Source: Bacillota bacterium (lineage in GTDB: Bacteria; Bacillota; Sulfobacillia; RBS10-35; JAJYVN01). From it: a stretch of 64,000 bases of DNA. The notes beneath the pieces were generated by a model. It did no database searches and was not told the DNA's origin. It saw nothing but the letters and a program-made list of their open reading frames with translations. Numbering within the stretch: the first letter of the stretch is position 1; the number at the start of each line of letters is the position of its first letter. The stretch is taken from the NCBI GenBank assembly GCA_021803205.1, contig JAJZMB010000020.1, positions 87,912 through 151,911 on the forward strand, in the 5' to 3' direction. Positions 37,582 to 47,011 of this stretch are shown piece after piece. Position numbers and translations under genes: made by a program.

Positions 37582-39090
37582 CTATCCCTGGCGCCCCGGC
37601 ACGCCCGGAGAGGTCATCGCCTCCGGGTCGAGGATGTCCTGCAACTGTGCCTGCGTCAGCAAGCCCCGCTCCAGCGCGAGTTCGGCGATGCCGCGCCCTG
37701 TCCGGAGCATCTCCTTGGTGAGGGCCGCCGCGGCCTCGTAGCCGATGGTCGGCGCCAGCGCGGTCGAGAGCGCGGCGCTGCGCTCCAGCCAGTAGCGGCA
37801 ACGCTCGGCGTCTGCGCGGATGCCCGCGAGGCAGCGCTCGGTGAATGCGGCCACGCCGCCGTCCATGATGGTGAGCATCCATGCCAGGTTGTGCGCGATG
37901 ACCGGCATCATCACGTTCAGCTCGAGCTGGCCCGCCTCGCCCGCCAGGGCGATGGTCTGGTCGTGGCCGAACACCTGGTAGCAGACCATGTTCAGCATCT
38001 CGCAGAGGACCGGGTTCACCTTGCCCGGCATGATCGAACTGCCTGGCTGCACGGCGGGGAGCTCGATCTCGCCGAGGCCCGTGCGGGGACCAGAAGCCAG
38101 GAGGCGCAGGTCGTTGCTGATCTTGTTCAGGTCCCCGGCCAGCGCGCGGCAGGCACCGGAGAGGCCGACCACATCACCCATGGACTGCATGGCCTGACGC
38201 AGGTCGGAGGCCGGCCGCAGGGGGTGGCCCGTTGCGGCGCCCAAGTGGCGGGCGACGGCCGGAATGTAAGCCGGATCGGCGTTGAGGCCGGTGCCGACGG
38301 CGGTGCCCCCCAATCCGATTTCACGCAATGCCTCCAGGGCCTGGGCGATGCGGCGCGCCCCGCGCTCGACCGTGCGGGCGTATGCGGCGAACTCCTGACC
38401 CAGGCGGATGGGCACGGCGTCCTGGAGGTGGGTGCGTCCGGTCTTCAGGATGCCGTCGAACTCGTTCGCCCTGTCCTGAAAGGTGTTGGCGCAGCGGGTC
38501 AGGGTCCGCAGCAGGCGGGTGCCCAGGTCGAGGCCAATCAGGCGCAGGGCGGTGGGGATGGTGTCGTTGGTGGACTGCGCCATGTTGACGTGGTCGTTGG
38601 GATGGACGCGCCGGTAGTCACCGCGCCGGCCGCCCAGAATTTCCACGGCACGGTTGGCCAACACCTCATTGGTGTTCATGTTGTGGGAAGTGCCGGCGCC
38701 GGCCTGATAGGGGTCGACCACCCACTGGCCGGAGAGGTCGGGCACGCCGGGGTGCTGCGGGCCAGGGACGGACTGGAGTGGCGCGGGCGGGATCTGGGCC
38801 AGGACCTCTTCCGCGGCGCGCACGATCGCCTCCCCAACGTCGCGGGGTAGGCGCCCGGTTTCCATGTTGGCGAGCGCTGCGGCGCGCTTGATCTGCACCA
38901 TGGCGCGGACGAAGGCGGGGTGGGGCAGCAGGCCGCTGACGGGGAAGTTCTGCACGGCGCGGGCGGTCTGGGGCCCCCAGTACGCGGCGGACGGCACGGG
39001 GACCTCGCCCAGAGAGTCGCGCTCCATGCGGACGGCGGAAATCCCGGCGGCGGGCAAGCTGGCCCCCGGGCCGGCGGGAACGTCAGGCAC
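37582..39090 (-). CDS. aspA: aspartate ammonia-lyase (class II fumarase/aspartase family)
   Basis: GSSIMPGKVNPV signature, QSTNDTIPTA and TGRTHLQDAVP. GTG start lies 7 nt after GAGGAGAG. An insertion of about 20 aa (IPPAPLQSVPGPQHPGVPD) sits between EVL and VVDPYQ. Confidence 0.85.
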   Translation of the reverse strand: MPDVPAGPGASLPAAGISAVRMERDSLGEVPVPSAAYWGPQTARAVQNFPVSGLLPHPAFVRAMVQIKRAAALANMETGRLPRDVGEAIVRAAEEVLAQIPPAPLQSVPGPQHPGVPDLSGQWVVDPYQAGAGTSHNMNTNEVLANRAVEILGGRRGDYRRVHPNDHVNMAQSTNDTIPTALRLIGLDLGTRLLRTLTRCANTFQDRANEFDGILKTGRTHLQDAVPIRLGQEFAAYARTVERGARRIAQALEALREIGLGGTAVGTGLNADPAYIPAVARHLGAATGHPLRPASDLRQAMQSMGDVVGLSGACRALAGDLNKISNDLRLLASGPRTGLGEIELPAVQPGSSIMPGKVNPVLCEMLNMVCYQVFGHDQTIALAGEAGQLELNVMMPVIAHNLAWMLTIMDGGVAAFTERCLAGIRADAERCRYWLERSAALSTALAPTIGYEAAAALTKEMLRTGRGIAELALERGLLTQAQLQDILDPEAMTSPGVPGRQG

Positions 39091-39186
39091 GCGGCCACTC
39101 TCCTCAGGGGATGCGGTATTGACCGAACGTAAGCAACAGCCGAAATCCAGACGACGGATCCGGGGCGGACGGGCCGCCGGCTTCTA

Positions 39187-39287
39187 GGTTGCCGCTGCAA
39201 AAGTCCGCTTTTGCGAGGCCACTGCTCCGCTAGCCCTTGTCCCGCAAGGGTGCACCATTCGCGGCCGGTGCGGAAACCGACTCTTGC
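39187..39287 (-). repeat. structured intergenic repeat, copy C
   Basis: Reverse complement: GCAAGAGTCGGTTTCCGCACCGGCCGCGAA...CCCTTGCGGGACAAGGG...GAGCAGTGGCCTCGCAAAAGCGGACTTTTGCAGCGGCAACC. It lies about 95 nt upstream of aspA in the same sense. Confidence 0.65.
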
Positions 39288-39373
39288 GGCCCCGTCCTAG
39301 CCTACCACGGGAGCGGGCACGGGCACGACCACGCTCAGGTGGCGCCCCGGCGGTCACGGTCCTGCACTGGGAA

Positions 39374-39415
39374 GATCTATCTGCCCGTCTGAGATGCCGG
39401 GCCGATCCGCTGCCA
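39374..39415. repeat. left arm of a ~40-bp inverted repeat bracketing the sdh remnant
   Basis: GATCTATCTGCCCGTCTGAGATGCCGGGCCGATCCGCTGCCA resembles the reverse complement of 41548-41584 (15/15 core TGCCCGTCTGAGATG, then GGGCCGATC). Confidence 0.5.
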
Positions 39416-39475
39416 ACCAGTCGCGCCACTGAGGATCGGCGATGGCGGTGCTCCGCGCCATTGCGGCAAGCGTGT

Positions 39476-40243
39476 TCAGCCGCCCGTCCGTCCAGGGGGA
39501 CCGGAGCGTCCCGCCCTGCGCCGCCAACGCCGCGTCAGGCGTCGAACCGGGTCCCAGTCGCGGTCGGCCACGCGCTCCTTGAGCGGGATGATGGCGTTGT
39601 CGGTGATGCGGATCGCTTCCGGACAGACCTCCTGGCAGCACCGGGTGACATTGCACAGGCCAATTCCGGACTCCGCAACCAGGAAGTCGATTCTGTCGCC
39701 CACATCCAGCGGGTGCATCTCGGACTCGGCGATCTTGGCCACAAAGCGCGGGCCGACATACTGCCCCTGCCCGCCGTGCTCCCGCAATACGTGACAGACG
39801 TCCTGGCAGAGCCAGCATTCGATGCAACGGTGGAATTCCTGACTACGCCCGACATCCCTGGCCTGCATGTTGAGTGGCGCGGGCAGAGCGGTGGCGGGCG
39901 GCGGTATCCTTTGGGCCACACGGTAGTTCCACGACACATCCGTGACCAGGTCACGCACCAAGGGAAAGGTGTGCAGGGGACGTACGTGCAGAACACGCCC
40001 GCGGTAAGCGTCCAATCTGGTCTTGCACATCAATTTGGGGCGGCCATCGATCTCGGCGGCGCAGGAACCGCAGCGCGCCGCCTTGCAGTTCCAGCGCACG
40101 GCCAGATCAGGAACGAGCTGCGCTTGGATCCACCTGATGGCATCCAGCACCACCATGCCCGGGGCGAGCGGCACCCGGTATTCGTGCTCCGCGCCATCCC
40201 TCGGCTCGCCACGGAAGACGCTGAGGACCATCTCCGCCGACAT
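39476..40243 (-). CDS. sdhB: succinate dehydrogenase/fumarate reductase iron-sulfur subunit
   Basis: CKAARCGSCAAEIDGRPKLMC (2Fe-2S), CIECWLCQDVC and CNVTRCCQEVCP cluster motifs. ATG lies 6 nt after GGGAGGT. Confidence 0.85.
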   Translation of the reverse strand: MSAEMVLSVFRGEPRDGAEHEYRVPLAPGMVVLDAIRWIQAQLVPDLAVRWNCKAARCGSCAAEIDGRPKLMCKTRLDAYRGRVLHVRPLHTFPLVRDLVTDVSWNYRVAQRIPPPATALPAPLNMQARDVGRSQEFHRCIECWLCQDVCHVLREHGGQGQYVGPRFVAKIAESEMHPLDVGDRIDFLVAESGIGLCNVTRCCQEVCPEAIRITDNAIIPLKERVADRDWDPVRRLTRRWRRRAGRSGPPGRTGG

Positions 40244-40247
40244 CGGC

Positions 40248-40859
40248 TCACCTCCCACCGCCTGCCGCCCCTGGGGCGGAGGCTCCGGGCGCGATAGCGG
40301 AGTCGAACAGCCGCCGGAGTTCGGGCGGCATTTCCGGTACGGGCGCTAGCGCGATGCACATGGCCCCCCGGGCGAGCCGGGCGGTAAAATTTACCCCGCC
40401 CAGCGCTGGATCCTGCTGCGGGTGGTCCGTGCGCCAGTGGTTGCCGCGGCTCTCCTGGCGCGCGAGGGCGCTGCGTACGATCGCCTCGCACAGAACGAGC
40501 ATCGCACGCAGGTCCATCACGGCGTGCCAGCCCGGATTGTAGCGGCGGGACCCCCCCACCCCTGCGCCCTTGGTCCGCTGTGCAAGTTCCAGGATCCGTG
40601 TGAGTCCGCGCTCCAGCCCGTGCCCGCTGCGGGCGATCCCGGCATGCTCGTCCATCACTTGCTGCAGCTCGCCTTGCAACGCATGCGGGTTCTCCCCTGC
40701 GGTCCGTCCCAGTGGCTCCAGAACCTGCCGGGCCGCTTCCGCCACCTCTGCGGGATCGGCGCGCGGCACTGCGGCAAGCCCCTGGAGATACGCCTGTGCC
40801 GCCTCGCCAGCCCGTTTGCCGAAGACCAGCAGATCGGCGAGGGAGTTGCAGATTGCCAA
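40248..40859 (-). pseudogene. sdhA: C-terminal ~200 aa of the Sdh/Frd flavoprotein subunit only (sdhA remnant)
   Basis: ...NSLADLLVFGKRAGEAA...RYNPGWHAVMDLRAMLVLCEAIVRSALARQESRGNHWRTDHP matches the SdhA C-terminal domain. The whole FAD-binding N-terminal ~400+ aa is absent and there is no room for it upstream. Confidence 0.7.
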
Positions 40860-41202
40860 GCACGAAAGGGAACTTCGTTTCCCCCGCGTAACCGCGCCGC
40901 CGTTCCGGCACGGCGCACGCCGGCGGATCCCAAAAGACGCCGCGATAATACTCCTTGCGGTAGTAATAGCAGGTGGAGCGAAACAGAAGCGGCACCCAGA
41001 TCACGTACAGCGCGGGTCGGAGGTGAATCCCGAGCGCGGTCACAGCCGGAGAGAAGAACGGGGAGAGATAGTTCTGGTAGCGTCCACTGTTGTGGGCCAG
41101 CACCTCCCACACCGAATACCCGGCGAAAGCGCCCAGCACAACCGTGGTCGCCGCCCCCTCGGCCCACCAAGGCAGCCAGGACCGCGCCCGCGGGATCACC
41201 AC
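40860..41202 (-). pseudogene. N-terminal ~115 aa of a membrane-anchor subunit (Rv0249c-like SdhC), truncated at the junction with the sdhA remnant
   Basis: GTG lies 6 nt after GGGGGGGAG. TM helices and ...YLSPFFSP...CYYYRKEYYRGVFWDPPACAV...GETKFPF. The frame then runs out of phase through the sdhA/sdhB region to 40030. The family assignment is from memory. Confidence 0.5.
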
Positions 41203-41547
41203 ACACGACTCCCCCCCGCAGGGTTCGAGTGCAACCAAACCGGCATGGCCGGTCTGGGCCGAAGGAGGAGCGGTTTGCGCCGTGCTTCCCGTAGCACGCG
41301 CGGCCTGGGCGGGCTGTCCGCCATCATGGCGGGACACCCTGGGCGGCCCCCTCCGGGGTCTTGCAGCCCAAGCCCTGAGCGAAACACGCGGACCATACTC
41401 GGAGTGAACTGACTCCGGGGAGCCGCGTGGGGCGCGGCGCTCGTAAATGCGCATCGCGCCCCGGATGTGGACTTGCCGACCAGCGGAGCGGGCCCTCACC
41501 GGCCCGAAGGCCATCGGGCGCTGCACCGAGGCTCTCGCGCCGCCACT

Positions 41548-41584
41548 GGCGGCAGATCGGCCCACCATCTCAGACGGGCAGATC
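41548..41584. repeat. right arm of the ~40-bp inverted repeat bracketing the sdh remnant
   Basis: TGGCGGCAGATCGGCCCACCATCTCAGACGGGCAGATC. Its reverse complement matches 39374-39415. Confidence 0.5.
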
Positions 41585-41611
41585 CGCGCCGCCGCGTCCC
41601 GCGTGGCGTGC

Positions 41612-42658
41612 TCAGAGCCGGATGGCCGGCAGCGCCGTGCCCGCGGCCAACCCGAGGACGTAGAGCCAGCCGAAAACCCGGTTGTGGATAAGGCACACTC
41701 GGTGGTACCAGAGCGGCCAGCCGACGTATCCCGGCGGCGGCGAGGCAGGGCGGGGGCGCTGCATCAGCGACGCCGCACGCACAGCGCTGGGCAGGGCCAG
41801 AGCGACGACCGCGGAGAAAGGCGCCAGAACCCCGCGGAGGATCAGCGCCGCCGTTGCGACATACATCGCGACCAGCACGGCCCGGTTCAGAGCCCGCGCT
41901 CGCCCTTCCCCCACAAGTACGGGCAGAGTACGGTTGCCGTGCCCCGCGTCGAAGTCCAGCTGATCGATGTGCTTGCCTACGAGGATGGACGCCACCCCGA
42001 GTCCATAGGGCACTGCCGCCAGGAAGGCCGCGGCGGAGATCCGCCCCGCGATCATCGCATAGCCCCCGCCGACCATCAGCGGACCCCAGACAACGAACGC
42101 GGCGGCTTCCCCGAGACCGATCGCCTTCAGCGGAACGGGGGCGGCGTCGTAGAGCAACAGCAGTGCCAGCCCCACACCCGCGAACCCAACGGCCGGCCAG
42201 CCCCTTGTGGCGACGAAGAACGCCGTGATGGCCGCCGCGATGCCGACCAGGATCACTATCCCCGTCAACAGCGTACGCCGGTCCAGCGCCCCGCCGGCCA
42301 GCGGGTGCACGGTGTAGCGCATGCGCGGCGAGCCGGCGGTGTCATGTCCACGCCGGTACCCAAAGTAGTCGTTGGACAGGTTGCTGATCATGTGGAGGGT
42401 CACAAAGCCGAGCAGGACCAGGAGGAACGCCAGCACGTGGAAGGCATGCTCCCTCGCCGCCAGGAGTCCGGCGATCACGGCCGCTTGTGCCGAGATGATC
42501 AGGATGACGCTCCTGGCGGAGTATAGGAACCTCGACACCGGATCGAGCCGGGCCAACTCCTCGGTCTCTGGTCGGTAGAAGCCGGCGAATGCCCCTGCCC
42601 ACAGCACCAAGTGAGGACGCAGGTAGCCAAACGGCGCCGCGACCGGTCGCTCGGTCAT
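41612..42658 (-). CDS. UbiA-family prenyltransferase, MenA-like
   Basis: Polytopic membrane protein with NLSNDYFGYRRGHDT (compare MenA NDYGDxxKGxD) and a second ...KHIDQLDFD... motif. ATG lies 7 nt after GGTGGAGGT. Confidence 0.8.
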   Translation of the reverse strand: MTERPVAAPFGYLRPHLVLWAGAFAGFYRPETEELARLDPVSRFLYSARSVILIISAQAAVIAGLLAAREHAFHVLAFLLVLLGFVTLHMISNLSNDYFGYRRGHDTAGSPRMRYTVHPLAGGALDRRTLLTGIVILVGIAAAITAFFVATRGWPAVGFAGVGLALLLLYDAAPVPLKAIGLGEAAAFVVWGPLMVGGGYAMIAGRISAAAFLAAVPYGLGVASILVGKHIDQLDFDAGHGNRTLPVLVGEGRARALNRAVLVAMYVATAALILRGVLAPFSAVVALALPSAVRAASLMQRPRPASPPPGYVGWPLWYHRVCLIHNRVFGWLYVLGLAAGTALPAIRL

Positions 42659-43046
42659 CCAAGCCACCTCCACCCCAGGCGGATCTGAGTCGCTTTGGAG
42701 CCGCCATGAAACAACTTTTCCTCGGGCGGGGCGCGCGGGAGTCGTGACGCCAGGCGTCGCGACTGTGCGACCGACAGTCACAGGGTTGTGCCTGTTGATC
42801 TCGCGGGATGTGACCCCGGATCGCGGCGATACAACTCCAGCAAATCATGCGGAGCGGGTGCCCACTTGATAAGCCGGCCCACCTTGTTCGATGGCGGCTC
42901 CTTACCCGCCCAAGCGCCGTGATCCGGGCTCCGGCCCGGTCGGATGCCTGCCCGGAACGGCTCGGCCCCGGCTGAATGTCGCCGCCAGTCCGCCAACTGC
43001 GAGGAGTACCACCTGAATGCTCAAAGGTCCCTCGCCCATTGGTGCC

Positions 43047-44195
43047 TTACTGATAGATCACCAAGCTGGGCGGGGGTTGCAGGGCGACGACCTCCGTCGG
43101 CGTCATCAGGCCGGTGTCGTACTTGTAGAAGAGTTTGATGCCGCCGTAGCGCACAGGCGGAATGGGTTGGTCGGCGATGTACCTGCGGTAGTTGTTCTTC
43201 TTCAGGGCCTGCCCGCCGAAACCGTCGGTGTCCATGACGAACTGCACCCCGGGCTGCACGCGGATGCCCCGCCAGTCGGGCACCATGCCTGGCGTGAACT
43301 GGTGGACGATCACGATCTTGGGCGGCAGATGCAAGCGAGAGACAAGGTCGGACATCTGCGCGATCGCCCAGTTGATTTCCGCGGCCGACATCGTGCCGAT
43401 CCACTTGCCCGGGATCTCGCCCGGCGGCATGTCAAACTCGGGATCCAGCGCCAACTCGACGTCGGGCTGGGCCAGATAGGGCAGGAAGTAGGGCAATTCC
43501 TGGGCCACGGTACTGCGCCCAACCTGGATCTCCAGGATGAGCAGTGCGTGATACTGCCGCGCGAGCGTCAATTCTTGGTTGAGCAGGCTGTAAGGCATGC
43601 GCCGCCGATAGGCGCCGTGTGGCCCCGGCGAGGCCTGGGCGACGTCCGCCACCAGATCGATGGCCGGCAGTGCCGGCTGCGCCGGGTCGACCCGGGTATA
43701 GGCCGCGGCCTGCGCGAGCAGACGCGCCATGTCCTGGGCCGCCGGGTACCAACCCAACACCCCCATCGCCGGGCTGAGCGGGTTACCGTAGTAGGCCACA
43801 ATCCGGCGGCGCGGCAACCAACCGCCGGGTGGAGGCAACATCGGCGAGGGCGTGCCCGAGGGCAGTTGGACCTGGTCCGCCGCCAGTTCCGGTTCCAGGG
43901 ACGCCTCCAGGCTGGTCAGCGCCCCCGGGCTCATGGCTTGGAAGGTCGAGGGGGCCATGATGGTCGGGTATGGCGCAGCGGGGTTTGCCGGCTCCACCGC
44001 CGCAGCGGGCGGATGCGCGGCCACCGCGCCAGCGGAGCCAGCAGGCCCGAATCGGCCGCACCCGACAAGAAGGAGCGCGAGCGCGGCGACGGCCGCCACC
44101 CGGGGCCGCCCAAAGCCCGTGCTGCACCGGACGCTGCGGAGCGCGCCTCCCGGCGCCGGATGTGGCACCCGTGCCACCTTGGCGCTCTCCGTCAC
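43047..44195 (-). CDS. lipoprotein of unknown function (possibly a glycoside-hydrolase-like TIM barrel)
   Basis: GTG lies 8 nt after GGGGAGG. Lipobox ALLLVGCG. The conserved-looking core is ...VAYYGNPLSPAMGVLG...LILEIQVG...LDPEF...IVHQF...MDTDGFG...GIKLFYKYD. The function is a guess. Confidence 0.6.
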   Translation of the reverse strand: MTESAKVARVPHPAPGGALRSVRCSTGFGRPRVAAVAALALLLVGCGRFGPAGSAGAVAAHPPAAAVEPANPAAPYPTIMAPSTFQAMSPGALTSLEASLEPELAADQVQLPSGTPSPMLPPPGGWLPRRRIVAYYGNPLSPAMGVLGWYPAAQDMARLLAQAAAYTRVDPAQPALPAIDLVADVAQASPGPHGAYRRRMPYSLLNQELTLARQYHALLILEIQVGRSTVAQELPYFLPYLAQPDVELALDPEFDMPPGEIPGKWIGTMSAAEINWAIAQMSDLVSRLHLPPKIVIVHQFTPGMVPDWRGIRVQPGVQFVMDTDGFGGQALKKNNYRRYIADQPIPPVRYGGIKLFYKYDTGLMTPTEVVALQPPPSLVIYQ

Positions 44196-44729
44196 GCCAC
44201 AAGCCTCCCCGATACCGTCTCCGGGACGACGTTTCGGGACACGCCAGCGATTTCCCGCTCTCGGGGCCACACCGGCAGGGAGGCGTCGTTCCGGTGAGAG
44301 AGCTTCGGCGGCAAGGTCGAGCCGACAGCTGCCGGTCGATACCGCACCCGGTGGACGGCGGACCCACAATCGCCTGCCGCGCAATGGCTTCCGCCGCAGG
44401 CCCGCATGGCCCCCTGGCGGCCCGCTGCCCTTGGCGCGGACCTACGCCGCAATTTCGCGCCGCACCCGCAATCTCCTGTGGCCCAAGGTGTTCATCGAGA
44501 AGGGCACGCTCGTGGCCACGCGGGCGCTCCCAGGTCCGATCGGCCGCCGGGGCAACCGCTGCCCACCGGGCCGCCGCTCCGGTCCGGCGCCTGCCGGCCC
44601 AGGCGGGCAAACCGCGGAATTCACCCGACCACTCCGGGCCCGGCGCTGTTGTATCATGCATGGAGCGTTCCCAGCGGGAACAGACAGCGGGTTGCGGCGC
44701 GTGTGGCGGCGAAAGGGGGTTCGGGGGCC

Positions 44730-45395
44730 GTGCTCGTTCTGGTCGCGTTCGGTGCGGGACTGCTGTCCTTTTTTTCGCCGTGCGTATGGCCCCTCTACCC
44801 TGCCTACATCGGCCAGGTGGCCACTTCCGACCAGAGCCAGGCGATCCGTGGCGCCCTGCTGTTCACGCTGGGCTTCGCCGCCGTCTTCGTCGCCCTCGGC
44901 GCGTCGGCAAGCGCCATCGGCCGGTGGCTCACCGCTTACCACCTGCCCCTGCAGAAGGTGAGCGGCACCCTGATCTTCGCGCTCGGGCTGACCCTGGCGG
45001 GTCTTTTGCCCGAACGGCTACTCGGCAACCCGCGCGCCGTCGCATACCGGCCCCAGTCCGCGGGACCGTGGGCCACGGCGTTGCTTGGAGCGGCCTTCGC
45101 CTTCGGCTGGACGCCCTGCGTCGGACCGGTGCTGGCCGCGATCCTGCTGCTGGCCGGCAGCGCCGCCCACGTGCTCACCGGGACCGTGCTGCTTTGCGCC
45201 TACACGCTGGGCTTCGCGCTGCCGTTTCTCGGCTTTGCGGTCCTGGTCGCGCGCGGCCAGCGAGTGCTGCCCGGCATCGGCCGCTTCCTGCCCCTGCTGC
45301 GCCGCGGCGGGGGCGTCCTGCTGGCCGGGCTCGGCGTGCTGGTCTTCACCGGCACACTGTCCTCAATCTCCACCTACCTGTACAGCCGGCTGTGA
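44730..45395 (+). CDS. ccdA: cytochrome c biogenesis/thiol-disulfide transporter CcdA (DsbD family)
   Basis: AFGAGLLSFFSPCVWPLYPAYIG and ...AFAFGWTPCVGPVLAAIL. GTG lies 10 nt after GAAAGGGGG; GTG at 44703 is an alternative start. Confidence 0.8.
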   Translation: MLVLVAFGAGLLSFFSPCVWPLYPAYIGQVATSDQSQAIRGALLFTLGFAAVFVALGASASAIGRWLTAYHLPLQKVSGTLIFALGLTLAGLLPERLLGNPRAVAYRPQSAGPWATALLGAAFAFGWTPCVGPVLAAILLLAGSAAHVLTGTVLLCAYTLGFALPFLGFAVLVARGQRVLPGIGRFLPLLRRGGGVLLAGLGVLVFTGTLSSISTYLYSRL

Positions 45396-45691
45396 AGACG
45401 GGGCGCCGCCGGCACGGCAACCGCGGCGGACCGGTTACGGCAGCGTGTTCGGCCGCGGCGATCCAGACGTGGACACGGCCATCCGAGACCCGACCGCAGG
45501 TGCAACCCAGTGGGGGAACGACCTGCGGGAGAACCGGTCGGCGCGTCAGCGGCCGCCGCTCCCGCTGCGAAAGCCCGCCAATCCTCGGCAGGTGCTGTCC
45601 GTACCCTTCCGAAAGGCGACCCCGCGTGTCGCGGTCCGGGGAGCGTCAGCCCGCCTGGCCGCAGGCGGCGGTGCTGAGGAGGGATCCGACG

Positions 45692-46756
45692 TTGGCAGAG
45701 CAGAGGGACGTGCGCATCGGCATCATCGGCTCCGGAGGAATCGCGGGGGCCCATGCGGAGCGGTACAAGAAGATCCCGGGGGTTCGGCTCGCCGCCTGCG
45801 CGGACGTGATCCCCGGCCGCGCCGAGCAGTTCATCTCCCGCTTGGGCCTGCAGGGCGCGCGGGCCTTCACCGACACGGCGGAGATGCTGAAGGAGGACCT
45901 TGACGGCGTCAGCATCTGCACCTTCAACGCCGCGCACTACCAGCCGACGATCCAGGCCCTGGAGGCCGGCAAGCACGTCCTGCTGGAGAAGCCGATGGCG
46001 GTGTCACTGGAGCAGGGCGTGGACATGGTGCGGACGAGCCGGCGCATGGGCAAGATGCTGTCGATCGGCTTCCAGTCGCGCTACGACGCCCCGGTCCGGG
46101 TCGCGCGGCGCATCGTGGCCGCGGGGACCCTCGGCCGGATCTACTACGCCGAAACGGGCGGCGGTCGGCGCAAGGGCATCCCGGGCGGCACGTTCGTGCG
46201 CAGGGAGAGCGCCGTCGGCGGGGCGATCCTGGACATCGGTTGCTACTCGATCGACACGGCGATGCACATCCTCGGCAACCCGCGCCCGCTCACGGTGTCC
46301 GCCTACACCTCCGACTGCTTCGGCAAGTCCCCGGTGTACAGCAAGCAGGCCTGGGGCGGGAACATGAAGCCGGAGGAATTCACCGTCGAGGACTTCGGCA
46401 TGGCGATGGTGCGGCTGGAGGGCGACGCGGTTCTGGTCTTCAAGATCGCGTGGGCGATGCACGCCAACACGCTCGGCGCCACCTTCTTCCTCGGCACCGA
46501 GGGTGGGCTGAACATGGACGAGATGCGGCTGTACCACGACGAGTTCGGCAGGGGCGTGCAGACCGAGCTCGGGCGGCCCGAGGGGCGCGGGGACAGCTTC
46601 CTGCGCAAGATCGAGCTCTTCGTGGAGGCGATCCGCACCGGCGGGCCGGCGCCGATCCCCGGCGAGGAGATCATCCACTCCACGGCCATCATCGACGCCG
46701 TCTACCGTTCGGCGGCGGAGAGGGCGGAGGTCCGGATCGAGATCCCCGAGATCTGA
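45692..46756 (+). CDS. Gfo/Idh/MocA-family oxidoreductase
   Basis: TTG lies 7 nt after GAGGAGGGA. VRIGIIGSGGIAGAHAERY...VLLEKPMA... The upstream 570 codons of the 928-aa ORF are junk. Confidence 0.85.
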   Translation: MAEQRDVRIGIIGSGGIAGAHAERYKKIPGVRLAACADVIPGRAEQFISRLGLQGARAFTDTAEMLKEDLDGVSICTFNAAHYQPTIQALEAGKHVLLEKPMAVSLEQGVDMVRTSRRMGKMLSIGFQSRYDAPVRVARRIVAAGTLGRIYYAETGGGRRKGIPGGTFVRRESAVGGAILDIGCYSIDTAMHILGNPRPLTVSAYTSDCFGKSPVYSKQAWGGNMKPEEFTVEDFGMAMVRLEGDAVLVFKIAWAMHANTLGATFFLGTEGGLNMDEMRLYHDEFGRGVQTELGRPEGRGDSFLRKIELFVEAIRTGGPAPIPGEEIIHSTAIIDAVYRSAAERAEVRIEIPEI

Positions 46757-46794
46757 GCGGGGATGCGGCGGAGCAGCGGCGGGAGTGTTGAGGC

Positions 46795-46826
46795 AAAGGG
46801 CCGCGACGGTGTCGCGGCCCTTTTTG
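46795..46826 (+). terminator. rho-independent terminator after the oxidoreductase gene
   Basis: AAAGGGCCGCGAC-GGT-GTCGCGGCCCTTTTT: a 10-13 bp GC stem followed by a T5 run. Confidence 0.7.
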
Positions 46827-47011
46827 CGTGCGGCGCGGGCTGATGCGGCTCGCGGGTGCCCCTGCCCGGACAGGTGGCGGCGCGCGGCCGGCCGGGACCG
46901 CGGTGCCGGACCTGGGAGTGCCGGTTGTGCTGAACTATGATTTGTGCGACACTTTGGATGCCGTATGACTTTTCGATCAAAAGAGGACTTTTCACACAAT
47001 CGAGGAAATTC

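Noticed and set aside
6223-39287. Interpreting the four ~100-nt structured repeats as a cis-acting riboswitch or leader
   Set aside because: Their orientation relative to the nearest start codon differs between copies: two sense-upstream, one antisense-upstream, and one between convergent gene ends. The adjacent genes (DUF421, FucI-like, aspA) are functionally unrelated.
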